A DNA stretch of 64,000 nucleotides from the NCBI GenBank assembly GCA_045106015.1, contig JBGCEE010000032.1:1668-65667 (forward strand). Reading direction: 5' to 3'. The notes below the pieces were generated by a model. It saw nothing but the letters and a program-made list of their open reading frames with translations, was not told where the DNA came from and did no database searches. Below, piece by piece: positions 54,578 through 63,977 of this stretch (the stretch's first letter is position 1; each line of letters starts with the position of its first letter). Made by a program: the position numbers and the translations under genes. Source of the stretch: Akkermansiaceae bacterium. Its GTDB lineage: Bacteria; Verrucomicrobiota; Verrucomicrobiia; Verrucomicrobiales; Akkermansiaceae.

Positions 54578-56935
54578 TTACGGATTTTGAGGGTATTTTT
54601 TTTCGTTTTTCAGGCCGATGGCAACGATTCCGAGGCAGATGGCAGAGCTGAGCGGCATAATGATGGCTGCGATCAGAGGGCTCATAAGGCCGAGTAGAGC
54701 CGCACTGATGGCAGCGGCGTTGTAAATGAGGGCAAAGCTAAATGCGGTGGCGACGGTGAGGTGCCGCCGACGAGCCAGTTCGAGTAAGCCAGGCAGGAAA
54801 CGAAGGCTCTGGCCGAGGAAAAAAAAGTCGGATTTTGTCTCTAGCAAACTGCGGTCGACAACGGGTGTGCCTGTGGCGAAGGCGGCATTGAAGGCAAGGG
54901 AGTCGTTGGCGCCATCACCGAGGTAGAGGGTGTCGCGGCGATCGATTTGGCGGACAAGTTCCTCTTTTTCCGCAGGTTGCAGAGTCGAATGGGCATCTGC
55001 GAGGTCAATACCCAGCAGTTTCGCGGTGGATTGCACTTTCTCGTTACGATCACCAGAGAGGATGACGAGACGGTGGGTGGTTCGAAGTCGCTCCAGTGCT
55101 TCTCTGGCATCGGGGCGGAGGCTTTCCTCGAAATGGAAGCAGGCGATGGTTTTGCCAGCGTGGCAGAGTTCGGCGTCATGTGGGGAAAAAGTTCCGGTGT
55201 TTTCAGAAGCCCAGCCAGGCCGGCCCAGTGTCCATTCGCCGGATTTGTCAGTGAAGCGCCTGCCCATGCCGGGGACGTCCTCGATTTCGATGGGTGCGGA
55301 GAGCCGAAGTTCGGTGAGGCTTTTTTTCCCAAGAGATTCGAGAAGTGTCCTTGAAACTGGATGGAGCGATGCATGAGACAAGCGGGCAAGGGCTAGGCGG
55401 GCTGGGTCTGTGAGTGTTGAGATGGAATCGGGGTTGGTGAGGACGGGGCGCTCTAGGGTGAGGGTTCCGGTTTTATCGAAAATGATGGTTCGAATGCGGC
55501 AGAGTCTTGCCCAAAGTTGGGACTCGCGGATGAAGACACCGGCGCGCTCCATGCGCGAACCTGCGAGTTCATCAGCGAAGGGCAGAGCTACGCCGAGGGC
55601 GCAGGGGCAGGAGACCACAAAAACCGAGATCATGACCTGCAGCGCGGTCGCGAATCCGGCAGCAGGAATCCAAAAGGCAAAGCCAGCAATGCCGATGAGA
55701 ATGATGGCGATGATATAGTATTTGAGAACCTTTTCGAGGGCTGGAATGCGGGTGGGAGAGCGTGTGGATTCGGTGAGTTTACAGAGAAGTGAGTCCTGCC
55801 ATGTTTCTGAAGAGATTAGAATGACGGGGTCTTTACCCAAGTGAATCGCCCCGGCGGGAACATGACGCCCAGCACGGAACGTCTCTGGTTCTGCTTCACC
55901 ATTGATCCACTCTAGCGAGAACTCCGCAGCGTCGTCAGCGAGGGTGGAACTAACAGGAAGGGATTGGCCCGAGTTGACCTCGATGCGGAGACCGGGTTCG
56001 ATTTCGGAAAGTGGAATGGGCTCGGGTCGGTCAGGTGAACGAATCGAATCAGGAACCGGGCGACGGCGCTGAAGGCGGTTCCGGTTTTTTTCAACAGCGG
56101 CCAGCTGGAGGTAGCGACCCGCGAGCATTAGGAAGACGAACGTGGCAACAAAATCAAAGTAGAGGAGACCTTCGACGCCGAGAGCCCAACCGATTAGCGA
56201 GCCACAAAAGGCGAAAATGATTCCCAAGGCGATGGGTAGGTCGATATGAGGGATTTTCGCGCGAGCGGCTTGCCAAGCACGGCGGATGAAATAACTACCG
56301 CCTACGAGCATCGCAAGCGTGGCGGAGAGAAAGGTTACGAGCTGGAAGATTCCGGCAAAGGCAAAATCGTCTTCCATGCCGAGGTAGCTCGGGAGAGTGA
56401 AGACCATTCCGTTCATGGCGAAGGCCGCACAAAGCCCAAGCTTCACGGCCAGTTCGCGCGACTCGCTGCGCAGGGTTCCCGAGCGTTTGGGTGTGATGGA
56501 ATAACCGAAAGATGCGACTTCGTGGGCGAAGGCGACAAGATCGGTTTGGCCGGATGTCCATTTGAGGTTCAGATTACCCGTTGCTGGATGGGCAGATGCT
56601 TCAATTGCACCTTCGTATCGCTGGAAAACTTTCTCCACCAGCCAGACGCAACCGACGCATGAGAGGCCTTCCAAAGAGAACTCCGCCTCGGCGAGATCAC
56701 CATGTTCCAGAAGCTCTTCGGTTTCGTTTTTTCGCGCTACCAACCACTCGAAGTCTTGTGATTCGAATGGTGTGCTCCTGACGGGTCGGATGGTCTTATT
56801 ACTACGAAGATCGTAGAAGCGATCCAGCCCTTCGTCTTGAATGAGATCGTAAACGAATTCGCAGCCACGGCAGCAGAACTTCTCCAGCGAGCCGGTCGCT
56901 GAGAAAGGTGTGGCGCAGTGGACGCAGGTATTCAA
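54578..56935 (-). CDS. ccoI: Copper-transporting P1B ATPase, cbb3 oxidase maturation (CcoI/FixI)
   Basis: N-terminal CVHC...FCCRGC, HMA GLSCVGC, SCPCALG, DKTGT, GDGAND, YN and MPLSS. Confidence 0.9.
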   Translation of the reverse strand: MNTCVHCATPFSATGSLEKFCCRGCEFVYDLIQDEGLDRFYDLRSNKTIRPVRSTPFESQDFEWLVARKNETEELLEHGDLAEAEFSLEGLSCVGCVWLVEKVFQRYEGAIEASAHPATGNLNLKWTSGQTDLVAFAHEVASFGYSITPKRSGTLRSESRELAVKLGLCAAFAMNGMVFTLPSYLGMEDDFAFAGIFQLVTFLSATLAMLVGGSYFIRRAWQAARAKIPHIDLPIALGIIFAFCGSLIGWALGVEGLLYFDFVATFVFLMLAGRYLQLAAVEKNRNRLQRRRPVPDSIRSPDRPEPIPLSEIEPGLRIEVNSGQSLPVSSTLADDAAEFSLEWINGEAEPETFRAGRHVPAGAIHLGKDPVILISSETWQDSLLCKLTESTRSPTRIPALEKVLKYYIIAIILIGIAGFAFWIPAAGFATALQVMISVFVVSCPCALGVALPFADELAGSRMERAGVFIRESQLWARLCRIRTIIFDKTGTLTLERPVLTNPDSISTLTDPARLALARLSHASLHPVSRTLLESLGKKSLTELRLSAPIEIEDVPGMGRRFTDKSGEWTLGRPGWASENTGTFSPHDAELCHAGKTIACFHFEESLRPDAREALERLRTTHRLVILSGDRNEKVQSTAKLLGIDLADAHSTLQPAEKEELVRQIDRRDTLYLGDGANDSLAFNAAFATGTPVVDRSLLETKSDFFFLGQSLRFLPGLLELARRRHLTVATAFSFALIYNAAAISAALLGLMSPLIAAIIMPLSSAICLGIVAIGLKNEKKYPQNP

Positions 56936-56973
56936 AGATTCAAAAGTAAGTTTTACCTCTCCCTGATGGAGCT

Positions 56974-57669
56974 CTAGTGGCAGCAGGAGGGAAGGTCAGA
57001 TTTTGTATCCGTCGGCGATTGGGAAAACGGAAGAGTGCCCCAGAGACGGAAGGCGATGAGACAGGCAGCGGCGATTGCGAAAGTGCGCTGGATGGGGACG
57101 AGATTGAACCGCTTGCCGATGTGGCGGAAACTCTGCTGGGCGATCCAGAGGAGCGGTACGGTCCCGAGACCGAAGGCGAGTGCGAATTCAGCACCCCGCA
57201 TGGCCGAGCCAGTGAGAAGTGATGCGCCGAAGAGTAGATAGAGGGGGCCACATGGGAGAAGTGGCGTCAGAGACCCAAGGGCAATTCCGCTGCGGATGGG
57301 CGATAATCTGCCGAGCCGGAAGCGCATCTTGGCTGTCCATTTCATCAGGGATGGAGGACGAGGAAGCTTTTTCTCCAGCCCGAATCCAAAAATCAGAAAG
57401 ACAACGACAAGCACCCATGGGAGGAGTGCAGCGGGTGAGGAGAAGAACCATTCGAGAGGCTGGCGCCCAATCGCCCCGCAGATGGCTCCGATGGTTCCGT
57501 AAGCGGCGAGGCGGGAAAGATGGTAAGAGGTTGTGGCGATGAGCCTTTGAGTTTCCGTTGCAGGCATGGCCGAAAGGCCACAGGCGATGGGTCCGCACAT
57601 ACCGACGCAATGGACGCTGGTCACGAGACCAGCGACAAGCGCTCCGACAGTAGTTTGGACGGGATCCAT
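56974..57669 (-). CDS. DsbD_2 / sulfite exporter TauE-SafE-like protein of cco clusters
   Basis: SVHCVGMCGPI, YHLSRL..YG..GA..G, LLPCGPLY, FGLGTVP. Confidence 0.9.
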   Translation of the reverse strand: MDPVQTTVGALVAGLVTSVHCVGMCGPIACGLSAMPATETQRLIATTSYHLSRLAAYGTIGAICGAIGRQPLEWFFSSPAALLPWVLVVVFLIFGFGLEKKLPRPPSLMKWTAKMRFRLGRLSPIRSGIALGSLTPLLPCGPLYLLFGASLLTGSAMRGAEFALAFGLGTVPLLWIAQQSFRHIGKRFNLVPIQRTFAIAAACLIAFRLWGTLPFSQSPTDTKSDLPSCCH

Positions 57670-57675
57670 CGTAGA

Positions 57676-57816
57676 TTATTTCTCGGATGTCACTTCGATG
57701 CGTTCCGGCGTGTGTTTCACGGCGATGAAGATGAGGCTGGACCATGCGGCCATAAGAAGTGCGAAGGCGCCGATTACAAAGAGCCAAGGACGGATGTTTG
57801 CGGATTTCTTTTTCAT
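57676..57816 (-). CDS. 46-aa single-TM protein (CcoH/FixH-position gene)
   Basis: Translated by hand: MKKKSANIRPWLFVIGAFALLMAAWSSLIFIAVKHTPERIEVTSEK. ATGA overlap with the ccoG stop. Confidence 0.8.
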   Translation of the reverse strand: MKKKSANIRPWLFVIGAFALLMAAWSSLIFIAVKHTPERIEVTSEK

Positions 57817-59210
57817 TTCAGTTGGTTGGGGTTAGGTCCCAGGAATTTGATTGTCTGGGTGATGGTTTGTTTGCCTGGGTCGGCGGAGATTTGCAGAGTC
57901 AGCTCAGTGGGGCCGGTGTAGGTTTCTCGATCGTTGAGAATGATGAGTGGGCGACTCGTTTCTGCCAGAGCGTTGAGCGTAATTGATTCGCCAGTGCCAC
58001 TGAGAGTGAATCCCTCCGGAGGATCTTGGAGGGAGAAGGTGTATTCAACAGGTTGGTTGCGCTTGTTGAGCAGGCGGAGCTGATAATGATTTCTAACAGA
58101 GCTCTGATCAACGAAGAACGGGGCGCCTTTCATCCGCGATAGATCGACGTGGAAGGGCCTTGCTCGGAAGTAAGCGGTCGTCCCCATGGCGGCGAGGCCC
58201 AGCATGCCGAGGACAGCGTAGAGAAAGATACGCGGGCGGATGATACGGCGTTTCTTACCTTGCAGTCCGGAAGTCGAATCGTAGCGGATCAGGCCTTCGG
58301 GGCGTTTGACTTTCCGCATGATGTCGTTGCAGGCATCGATACAGGCTGCGCAACCGATACATTCCATTTGGAGGCCGTTGCGGATGTCGATACCCGTTGG
58401 GCAGACCTGCACACAGCGGGTGCATTCGATGCAATCGCCGGCGTTGGGATCAGAGGCCTTTCCGCGAGGTTCCCCGCGCTTGGAGTCATATCCGATGATG
58501 ACCGTTTCCTCGTCAGTCAGCGCGGATTGGATGCGTCCGTAGGGGCAGAGGATGATGCAGAATTGCTCTCGGAACCAGGCGAAACAGAAGTAGAGGGTGC
58601 CTGTGAGGGCGATGATGATGGTGAAGGTTGCTCCGTGCTGGAGCGGTCCTTCCTGCATGAATTGGTACAGGCGCGGCAAGGAGACGAAGTAGCTGATAAA
58701 CACATGGGCGATTAGGGTTGAGGCGATGAAATAGAGTCCGTATTTAACGGCCCTACGTATGGTTTTTCTCGTGCTTGAAGGAGCTGCAGCGAGGCGGCGC
58801 CGTGCGGTGGCATCGCCATCGATCCAGCGTTCAATGCGCCGAAAGACATGTTCCAGGAAAACGGTGTAAGGGCAGGCCCATCCGCACCAGAGGCGGCCGA
58901 GGAGCGCGGTGATAAAAAAGAGTGAGAAACCGAGCCCGCTGATGAGGAAAAAGAAGACCCAGAGGTCTTGGGCTAGGAGGGTCAGGCCAAAGATATGGAA
59001 GCGGCGGTTTTCTACATCAAAGAACAGAGCGGGGGCTCCGTTGATCGGAATCCAAGGCATCAGTACGTAGACGGCAATGAGCAGAATTCCAAATAGCCGC
59101 CGGAACAGCGTGAAGCGACCTTTGACGTCCGCTGGGTGGAGGACGAAATGAGACCCGTCCGGATTAATCGTCGTCAGCGAGACAAGATTTGGACTTTTGT
59201 TTTTTTGCAT
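57813..59210 (-). CDS. ccoG: Cytochrome c oxidase accessory ferredoxin-type protein CcoG/FixG
   Basis: GRLWCGWACP, REQFC...CPYGR.QS, CIECTRCVQVCPTGIDIRNGLQMECIGCAACIDAC. Confidence 0.96.
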   Translation of the reverse strand: MQKNKSPNLVSLTTINPDGSHFVLHPADVKGRFTLFRRLFGILLIAVYVLMPWIPINGAPALFFDVENRRFHIFGLTLLAQDLWVFFFLISGLGFSLFFITALLGRLWCGWACPYTVFLEHVFRRIERWIDGDATARRRLAAAPSSTRKTIRRAVKYGLYFIASTLIAHVFISYFVSLPRLYQFMQEGPLQHGATFTIIIALTGTLYFCFAWFREQFCIILCPYGRIQSALTDEETVIIGYDSKRGEPRGKASDPNAGDCIECTRCVQVCPTGIDIRNGLQMECIGCAACIDACNDIMRKVKRPEGLIRYDSTSGLQGKKRRIIRPRIFLYAVLGMLGLAAMGTTAYFRARPFHVDLSRMKGAPFFVDQSSVRNHYQLRLLNKRNQPVEYTFSLQDPPEGFTLSGTGESITLNALAETSRPLIILNDRETYTGPTELTLQISADPGKQTITQTIKFLGPNPNQLK

Positions 59211-59351
59211 GGGCTCCGGCACGGCAAAAAACATGGCATTTCCCGTGGAACCATGCTCCGCATGAGGTCTCGGAAAGTGCGCGGAATTTGCGCGATGAAG
59301 CGAAAAATTCCTCTATCTCAAGTGAATTTTGAGGTTTTTCTTAGCCAGTTC

Positions 59352-59750
59352 CTATCCCAATTCCTCTTCGATGAATTCGAGGACTAGGTCGACGAGTTCG
59401 TCCATGCCGGGCGGGAGTTCTTCTTCGATGGTGGTGAGGTAGTCGGCTTCGGTTTCGCTGTAGTCGCTGCGGTCTTGGGGGCGGGTCTGGCACCAGCGGC
59501 TGGCGTTGAGGGGATCAACGATGGTTGCGGCACCGACGAGATCGAAGGAATTGATCACGCGTTGATGGTCCAGTCCGCTTTGCCAGAACTCATGGAGGCA
59601 GTCACCACTTTCCAGAATTGGCACGGTTTCATAGACATCCATGAGGGCGCGTTCCTCGCGGTTGAGGGGACGGTCGGCGGCTTCGCTCTCGAGGCGATCC
59701 ACGAGAACTTCGACTTCGTCGGGCCATTCAATCGGTTCTTGGGCAAACAT
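59352..59750 (-). CDS. Acidic hypothetical protein (DUF4375-like)
   Basis: 132 aa, Glu/Asp-rich, with GDCLHEFW and SFDLVGA. Family call tentative. Confidence 0.7.
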   Translation of the reverse strand: MFAQEPIEWPDEVEVLVDRLESEAADRPLNREERALMDVYETVPILESGDCLHEFWQSGLDHQRVINSFDLVGAATIVDPLNASRWCQTRPQDRSDYSETEADYLTTIEEELPPGMDELVDLVLEFIEEELG

Positions 59751-59845
59751 CTTGCTGGGACTTAGAACAGAGGAGCTCTCCTTGCAAAGCGAAACGAAAA
59801 AATTTCATCTCACGGAGGTAAGAATAACCAATTCGCTTTGGTGGG

Positions 59846-59988
59846 TAGACCGGTTTCCAAATGGCCTTGCCGAAATCGAGTGGATTTTTTGGGGTTTGAA
59901 GAAATTGGCTACGCGATGTCAGGCAGCGTTTCGGGCGGACGAAGCCAAGATCGGAGTTGTTCGTCATTCGTGGATGTTCAACGGTCTG
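59846..59988. mobile_element. MITE-like dispersed repeat, copy 2
   Basis: 59846-59954 matches copy 1 at 105/109 nt in the same orientation. Left end TAGACCG, right end CGGTCTG (59982-59988). Confidence 0.7.
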
Positions 59989-59992
59989 ACAA

Positions 59993-60706
59993 CTATTGAC
60001 CAAGTTTTTCGATACGTTCATGAAGTTGTTTGGCTATGTCATTCCAGCCGCTTCGGTTGTCCGGACAATTGCCGAAGCTGACCGGTTCTCCAATCTTGAT
60101 GCGGAGTTTTGTCGGCTTGATGAAATGGCCGCCGGGTGGCCAGGCGTGGGCACAGCCTTCAAGTTTGCAGGGGACGACGGGGATTTTGCTTTCTGCAACG
60201 AGACGGCCAATTCCGCTTTTGAAGGGTTGCATTTTACCAGAGCGACTACGAGTTCCCTCGGGAAAAATGATGAAAACGGCGTTCTCCTTAATTAAGCGTT
60301 CACGCATTCGTTCGAGATCGTGAGCACCGGTCCCTCGGCGGCGGATGGCCAGTGCGTTGAGAAACCAAGCTGCAAATGCGGCAGTGGGGAGATTCTCGAA
60401 AAACGTGTCACTCGCAGCCACTGGGGAGATTTGGTCACGCCATTTCGGAGGAAGCATCGAGGCGAGCAGAGGCGCATCAAGGTGACTGGTATGGTTCGCA
60501 ACGAGGATGAACGGAGGTGAATTCGGGAGGTTTTCGCGGCCGCTGACATCGAGTCTGTTCCAGATTCGAAATATCAAGCGGAGGCTTCCCCACCAGAACA
60601 GGCGGCAGACGCTGGCGGCCAACCCATGTTCACGCTGAAGACTGCGGTGTCGTTCGATACCTTGGAGGTCTTTGTCGCGAGCCGGTTCGAATTCCCATCC
60701 GTTCAT
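59993..60706 (-). CDS. Lysophospholipid (1-acyl-sn-glycerol-3-phosphate) acyltransferase family
   Basis: ANHTSHLD (HxxxxD), FPEGTRS, FKSGIG. Confidence 0.93.
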   Translation of the reverse strand: MNGWEFEPARDKDLQGIERHRSLQREHGLAASVCRLFWWGSLRLIFRIWNRLDVSGRENLPNSPPFILVANHTSHLDAPLLASMLPPKWRDQISPVAASDTFFENLPTAAFAAWFLNALAIRRRGTGAHDLERMRERLIKENAVFIIFPEGTRSRSGKMQPFKSGIGRLVAESKIPVVPCKLEGCAHAWPPGGHFIKPTKLRIKIGEPVSFGNCPDNRSGWNDIAKQLHERIEKLGQ

Positions 60707-60708
60707 AT

Positions 60709-61722
60709 TCAGCCTCCGGTGATGATTCTCTCAGGTTGCGATTGCGCAAGGGTTCCAAGAGTGAGGGAAAGGAAGTGGTAATACATCGGAGTGACGATGA
60801 TGAGGCTGTCAAAGCGATCTAGTAGCCCACCGTGGCCGGGAAGTAGTCGGCCCAAATCCTTCACTCCCAGATCGCGTTTGATTGAAGAGAGGAGTAGGTC
60901 TCCGAATTGGCCGAAGGCGCTGATACCAAATCCCATGATAAGGAGGTTTCGCCAACTGTCCATCGGAGTGCCCGGAAAGATTACCCAGTGGCCTAGGGCA
61001 ATGACAAGCGTCGTTGTCAGGATGAGAGCTCCAAGCGCGCCGGAAATGGTTTTTCCTGGACTGATGTTGGGAGTCATTTTCGGGCCACGGAAGAGGCGCC
61101 CGCAACAGAAGGCGAAGATATCGTTTAGTTCGACAGTCACCAATAGTAGCAGCAATAGAGGACGATAAAGAGGATCAGCCGTGAAGAGGGCAAGATAGCC
61201 CAATGAGAAACCGAAGAAAAGATAGCCCATAATTCCTAGGCCGACACGCTGGATGAAACCTTCGGGCCTGTCTTGTGGGATGGTAATGATGGCAATTAGG
61301 CCGATACCAAGAATTGGGGCAGCGAAAAATAACCGTGGGAAGTTATCGATGACTGCGAACGAGATGAGACAGAGCCCAAGAACGGCAGCGAGACCAATCA
61401 GTTTTTCCCTAAAGATACCGGTAGCACGGGCGAACTCACGGAAACAAAAAAGGCTGAGAATAAAGACTCCGGCAATCACCCAAGCGGAGCCTAGTAAGAT
61501 GGGGATGATCAGGCCGAGACAGATCCAGATCCAAGAACGCCAGCGAGCCCAAAGTTCCGCATAGGTATTTTTCGATACTCCGACGGTCGCCTGGAATATT
61601 TTGAAAACGATGGGAGCGACCGAGAGGGCCACGGTGATGGCGATGACCGCGCCGGTGGTGAATGGGTGGGCGAAGGCGTCCTCGTAGCCAAAGAACCGCT
61701 CGATCGTTTCTTCACTGATCAT
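60709..61722 (-). CDS. Phosphatidate cytidylyltransferase (YnbB-like CdsA family)
   Basis: ELNDIFAF, SPGKT, GDLLLSSIKRDLGVKD.G.LLPGHGGLLDRFDS. ATGA overlap with the upstream gene. Confidence 0.93.
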   Translation of the reverse strand: MISEETIERFFGYEDAFAHPFTTGAVIAITVALSVAPIVFKIFQATVGVSKNTYAELWARWRSWIWICLGLIIPILLGSAWVIAGVFILSLFCFREFARATGIFREKLIGLAAVLGLCLISFAVIDNFPRLFFAAPILGIGLIAIITIPQDRPEGFIQRVGLGIMGYLFFGFSLGYLALFTADPLYRPLLLLLLVTVELNDIFAFCCGRLFRGPKMTPNISPGKTISGALGALILTTTLVIALGHWVIFPGTPMDSWRNLLIMGFGISAFGQFGDLLLSSIKRDLGVKDLGRLLPGHGGLLDRFDSLIIVTPMYYHFLSLTLGTLAQSQPERIITGG

Positions 61723-62390
61723 GATTCCTGGTTCAGAATTCGTGCGCATTTCCGAAGGCGGCGTATGGATGTGATCACGCAACCGGCGATAATGACCACC
61801 AATGCCACGCCAAAGGCTCCGATATCAAAAAAAGCTTCGATAGAGAACTGCCAGGACCACGGAGCGAATGCCGTGTATAAGGCTGCTGTGGCAATGAGAA
61901 TCATGCGGGGGACTTTCGACATGGGCCCGCTGAAATCGGCTGGTGCCCCAAGCGAACATCCTTGGACTCTCACATAAGCGGTGAAGACCGCTGCGATCGC
62001 CGCGATGTAGCCAAGCTCTGGGGTGCTGCCCGCGGCGTATCCCGCTCCAATTAGAATCGCACTGTCGGATAGCCGGTCTGGGACTTCATTGAAGAGCTCA
62101 CCACTCCGCGAGGCGATACCCGTGTGAACTGCCACCATGCCGTCGAGCATATTACACGCGCCGCGCAGCAATAATAGGAAGCACGCGCTCAGAAGAAGGA
62201 GGATGTGTTGTTGACAACCATGACTAAAATAGAGGGCCATTCCGGAACCAAGGCTGGCGAAGAAGCTGGCGACGGAAATGGTATTTGGTGAGATGCCCAT
62301 GCCTGCCAACCAGCGAGTGGCTGCCGCCGAGGCGCCGAGGTTGCGAGCGGCGAGTGGGCGACGCTCGGGAATATAGTCGTTCTCGCTCAT
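61719..62390 (-). CDS. CDP-alcohol phosphatidyltransferase (YnbA-like)
   Basis: RRPLAAR, GISPNTIS, NMLDGMVA...GELFNEVPDRLSD, GPMSK. Confidence 0.92.
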   Translation of the reverse strand: MSENDYIPERRPLAARNLGASAAATRWLAGMGISPNTISVASFFASLGSGMALYFSHGCQQHILLLLSACFLLLLRGACNMLDGMVAVHTGIASRSGELFNEVPDRLSDSAILIGAGYAAGSTPELGYIAAIAAVFTAYVRVQGCSLGAPADFSGPMSKVPRMILIATAALYTAFAPWSWQFSIEAFFDIGAFGVALVVIIAGCVITSIRRLRKCARILNQES

Positions 62391-62743
62391 GATGGTTTCA
62401 ATCCCATGAGAAACATGCCGCCGACGAGGAGTCCCATTCCGGCGATGTTTAGAGGTCGGATTTGTTCGCCGTAGATCCATGCCGCACCGATGGCCGAGAA
62501 AATAAAGCTCGTGGCATAGATGGGATATAGAACGGACAGTTGGCCGCCGCGTTTGAAGGCAGCGATGAAAAGAATCATTACAGCGATATAGCATCCCACG
62601 CCTCCCAAAAGGCGAGGGTTGAGAAGATAGCTCAACGGACCTTCGGTAGCGCGGGCAGCTCCGGATTTATAAAGAAACTGGCCGGTCGCCCCGAGCAACG
62701 ATGCGAGGAGAAAATAAAGCATTGATTCCACCGGAGTTTTCAT
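62387..62743 (-). CDS. Small DMT-superfamily (EamA half / SMR-like) transporter
   Basis: GATGQFLYK.GA, FKRGGQLSVLYPI, G..LLVGG. Four TM helices. ATGA-type overlap with the next gene. Confidence 0.85.
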   Translation of the reverse strand: MKTPVESMLYFLLASLLGATGQFLYKSGAARATEGPLSYLLNPRLLGGVGCYIAVMILFIAAFKRGGQLSVLYPIYATSFIFSAIGAAWIYGEQIRPLNIAGMGLLVGGMFLMGLKPS

Positions 62744-62867
62744 ACCTTTTTAACCACTAATATGACGATTGATAGAGCATGCTTCCTTGTCAAGCATACC
62801 GATTTGTTGATGAGCTCCTAGCTCGCGCTGTATTTGCGTCTAGTGATTTCTCGTTCAGATTGCAGAT

Positions 62868-63020
62868 ATGGCGAAGCAGGTGAAAAAAAGCGACTTACCT
62901 CAGAAGGAGTGTGTTGTTTGTGGGCGGCCGTTCGCTTGGAGGAAAAAGTGGTCGAAGGTTTGGGATGAGGTGAAGTATTGTTCCGAAAAGTGCCGGGGTG
63001 GTCGATCAGTTCGGAAGTAG
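62868..63020 (+). CDS. DUF2256 family small protein, 50 aa
   Basis: Translated by hand: [50 protein letters not shown]. Characteristic LP.K.C..C.RPF.WRKKW...[10 protein letters not shown]. Confidence 0.95.
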   Translation: MAKQVKKSDLPQKECVVCGRPFAWRKKWSKVWDEVKYCSEKCRGGRSVRK

Positions 63021-63977
63021 TTTCACGATGGCTTTGCCGAGGGCGTCACCGACGAGGTAATAGCTCTCTGCATTTCCATACCAGTGGTGGCCGTGGCCGG
63101 GATTCGGCGATAGTTCACGAGGGCGGGCAAACTCCGCTGTTGGGACAAAAACGGCTCCGGTAATTTTGGCTGCTGCGTCTTTCTGAGCTTTGCGGAATTG
63201 GCCCATGCCGCTATCGGGTTTGGCTGGACCGTTGTTTCCGAGTTCGCCGATGATGATGGGGAGATCGGAGGTCTCGAATTCTTTGCGAATGTCGTTGGCG
63301 AGGTTGATGAGGTTTTTCTCATACTCTGCGGTGGCTTCTTTTGAGACCATATCATTCCAGCCCTGCATCCAGATGAAGCCGCAGATCTCGTATTTGGCAT
63401 CGCCGAGATCTTTTAGAGCTTCTCGCACTTCGCTGATCATCTGATTATAAAAGGGACCGGTTTCACCGCCGGAGCTTGGGGGTCTGAAATCCTGGAACAG
63501 GCTTTTGCCGCCCCATGCGGTTTTGATCAATAAAACGGGCTCTTGGACGTGATTTCCGACGATATGCCCAAAGCTTAGCTCTGGACCGATATGGCTTGAA
63601 TTACCGTAGCCCGTGTAGCCAATGGTAAGCCCACCTTTTCGGACCTTGCCCTTCACTTTGTAGCTGATGGTTACATCATCGCGGACGGTCCAATTGCCAT
63701 CCTGGTCCTTGAGGTGCGCCATCAATTCCTTGCTTTGGGAATTTTCCATTGACCAGACGAGATTTCCTTTCCCGCCGTTGTAATATTCTTCGTGGTCCAT
63801 GGAGACAACGCCTTGGCCCTGCATGTTTGACTGACCGGCGAGAATGAACACTCGGATTGGCCCGTCGGAAGCAAAGGCGGGTGAGATCGCAAGAAGCGCG
63901 ACGAATAATGAGACGAAAGAGAAAGGGGTTTTGCGGATCATGTACCCCATGGTTTTCACAAAACCCTTTGAAAGCAA
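63006..63977 (-). CDS. Sialate O-acetylesterase (SASA) family carbohydrate esterase
   Basis: Signal peptide. [41 protein letters not shown]. Start uncertain (63941-63977). Confidence 0.9.
   Translation of the reverse strand: MLSKGFVKTMGYMIRKTPFSFVSLFVALLAISPAFASDGPIRVFILAGQSNMQGQGVVSMDHEEYYNGGKGNLVWSMENSQSKELMAHLKDQDGNWTVRDDVTISYKVKGKVRKGGLTIGYTGYGNSSHIGPELSFGHIVGNHVQEPVLLIKTAWGGKSLFQDFRPPSSGGETGPFYNQMISEVREALKDLGDAKYEICGFIWMQGWNDMVSKEATAEYEKNLINLANDIRKEFETSDLPIIIGELGNNGPAKPDSGMGQFRKAQKDAAAKITGAVFVPTAEFARPRELSPNPGHGHHWYGNAESYYLVGDALGKAIVKLLPN

Noticed and set aside
61719-62594. 291-aa version of the CDP-alcohol phosphatidyltransferase
   Set aside because: The extension overlaps the DMT gene. 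The ATG at 62390 gives a typical N-terminus and a 4-nt overlap.
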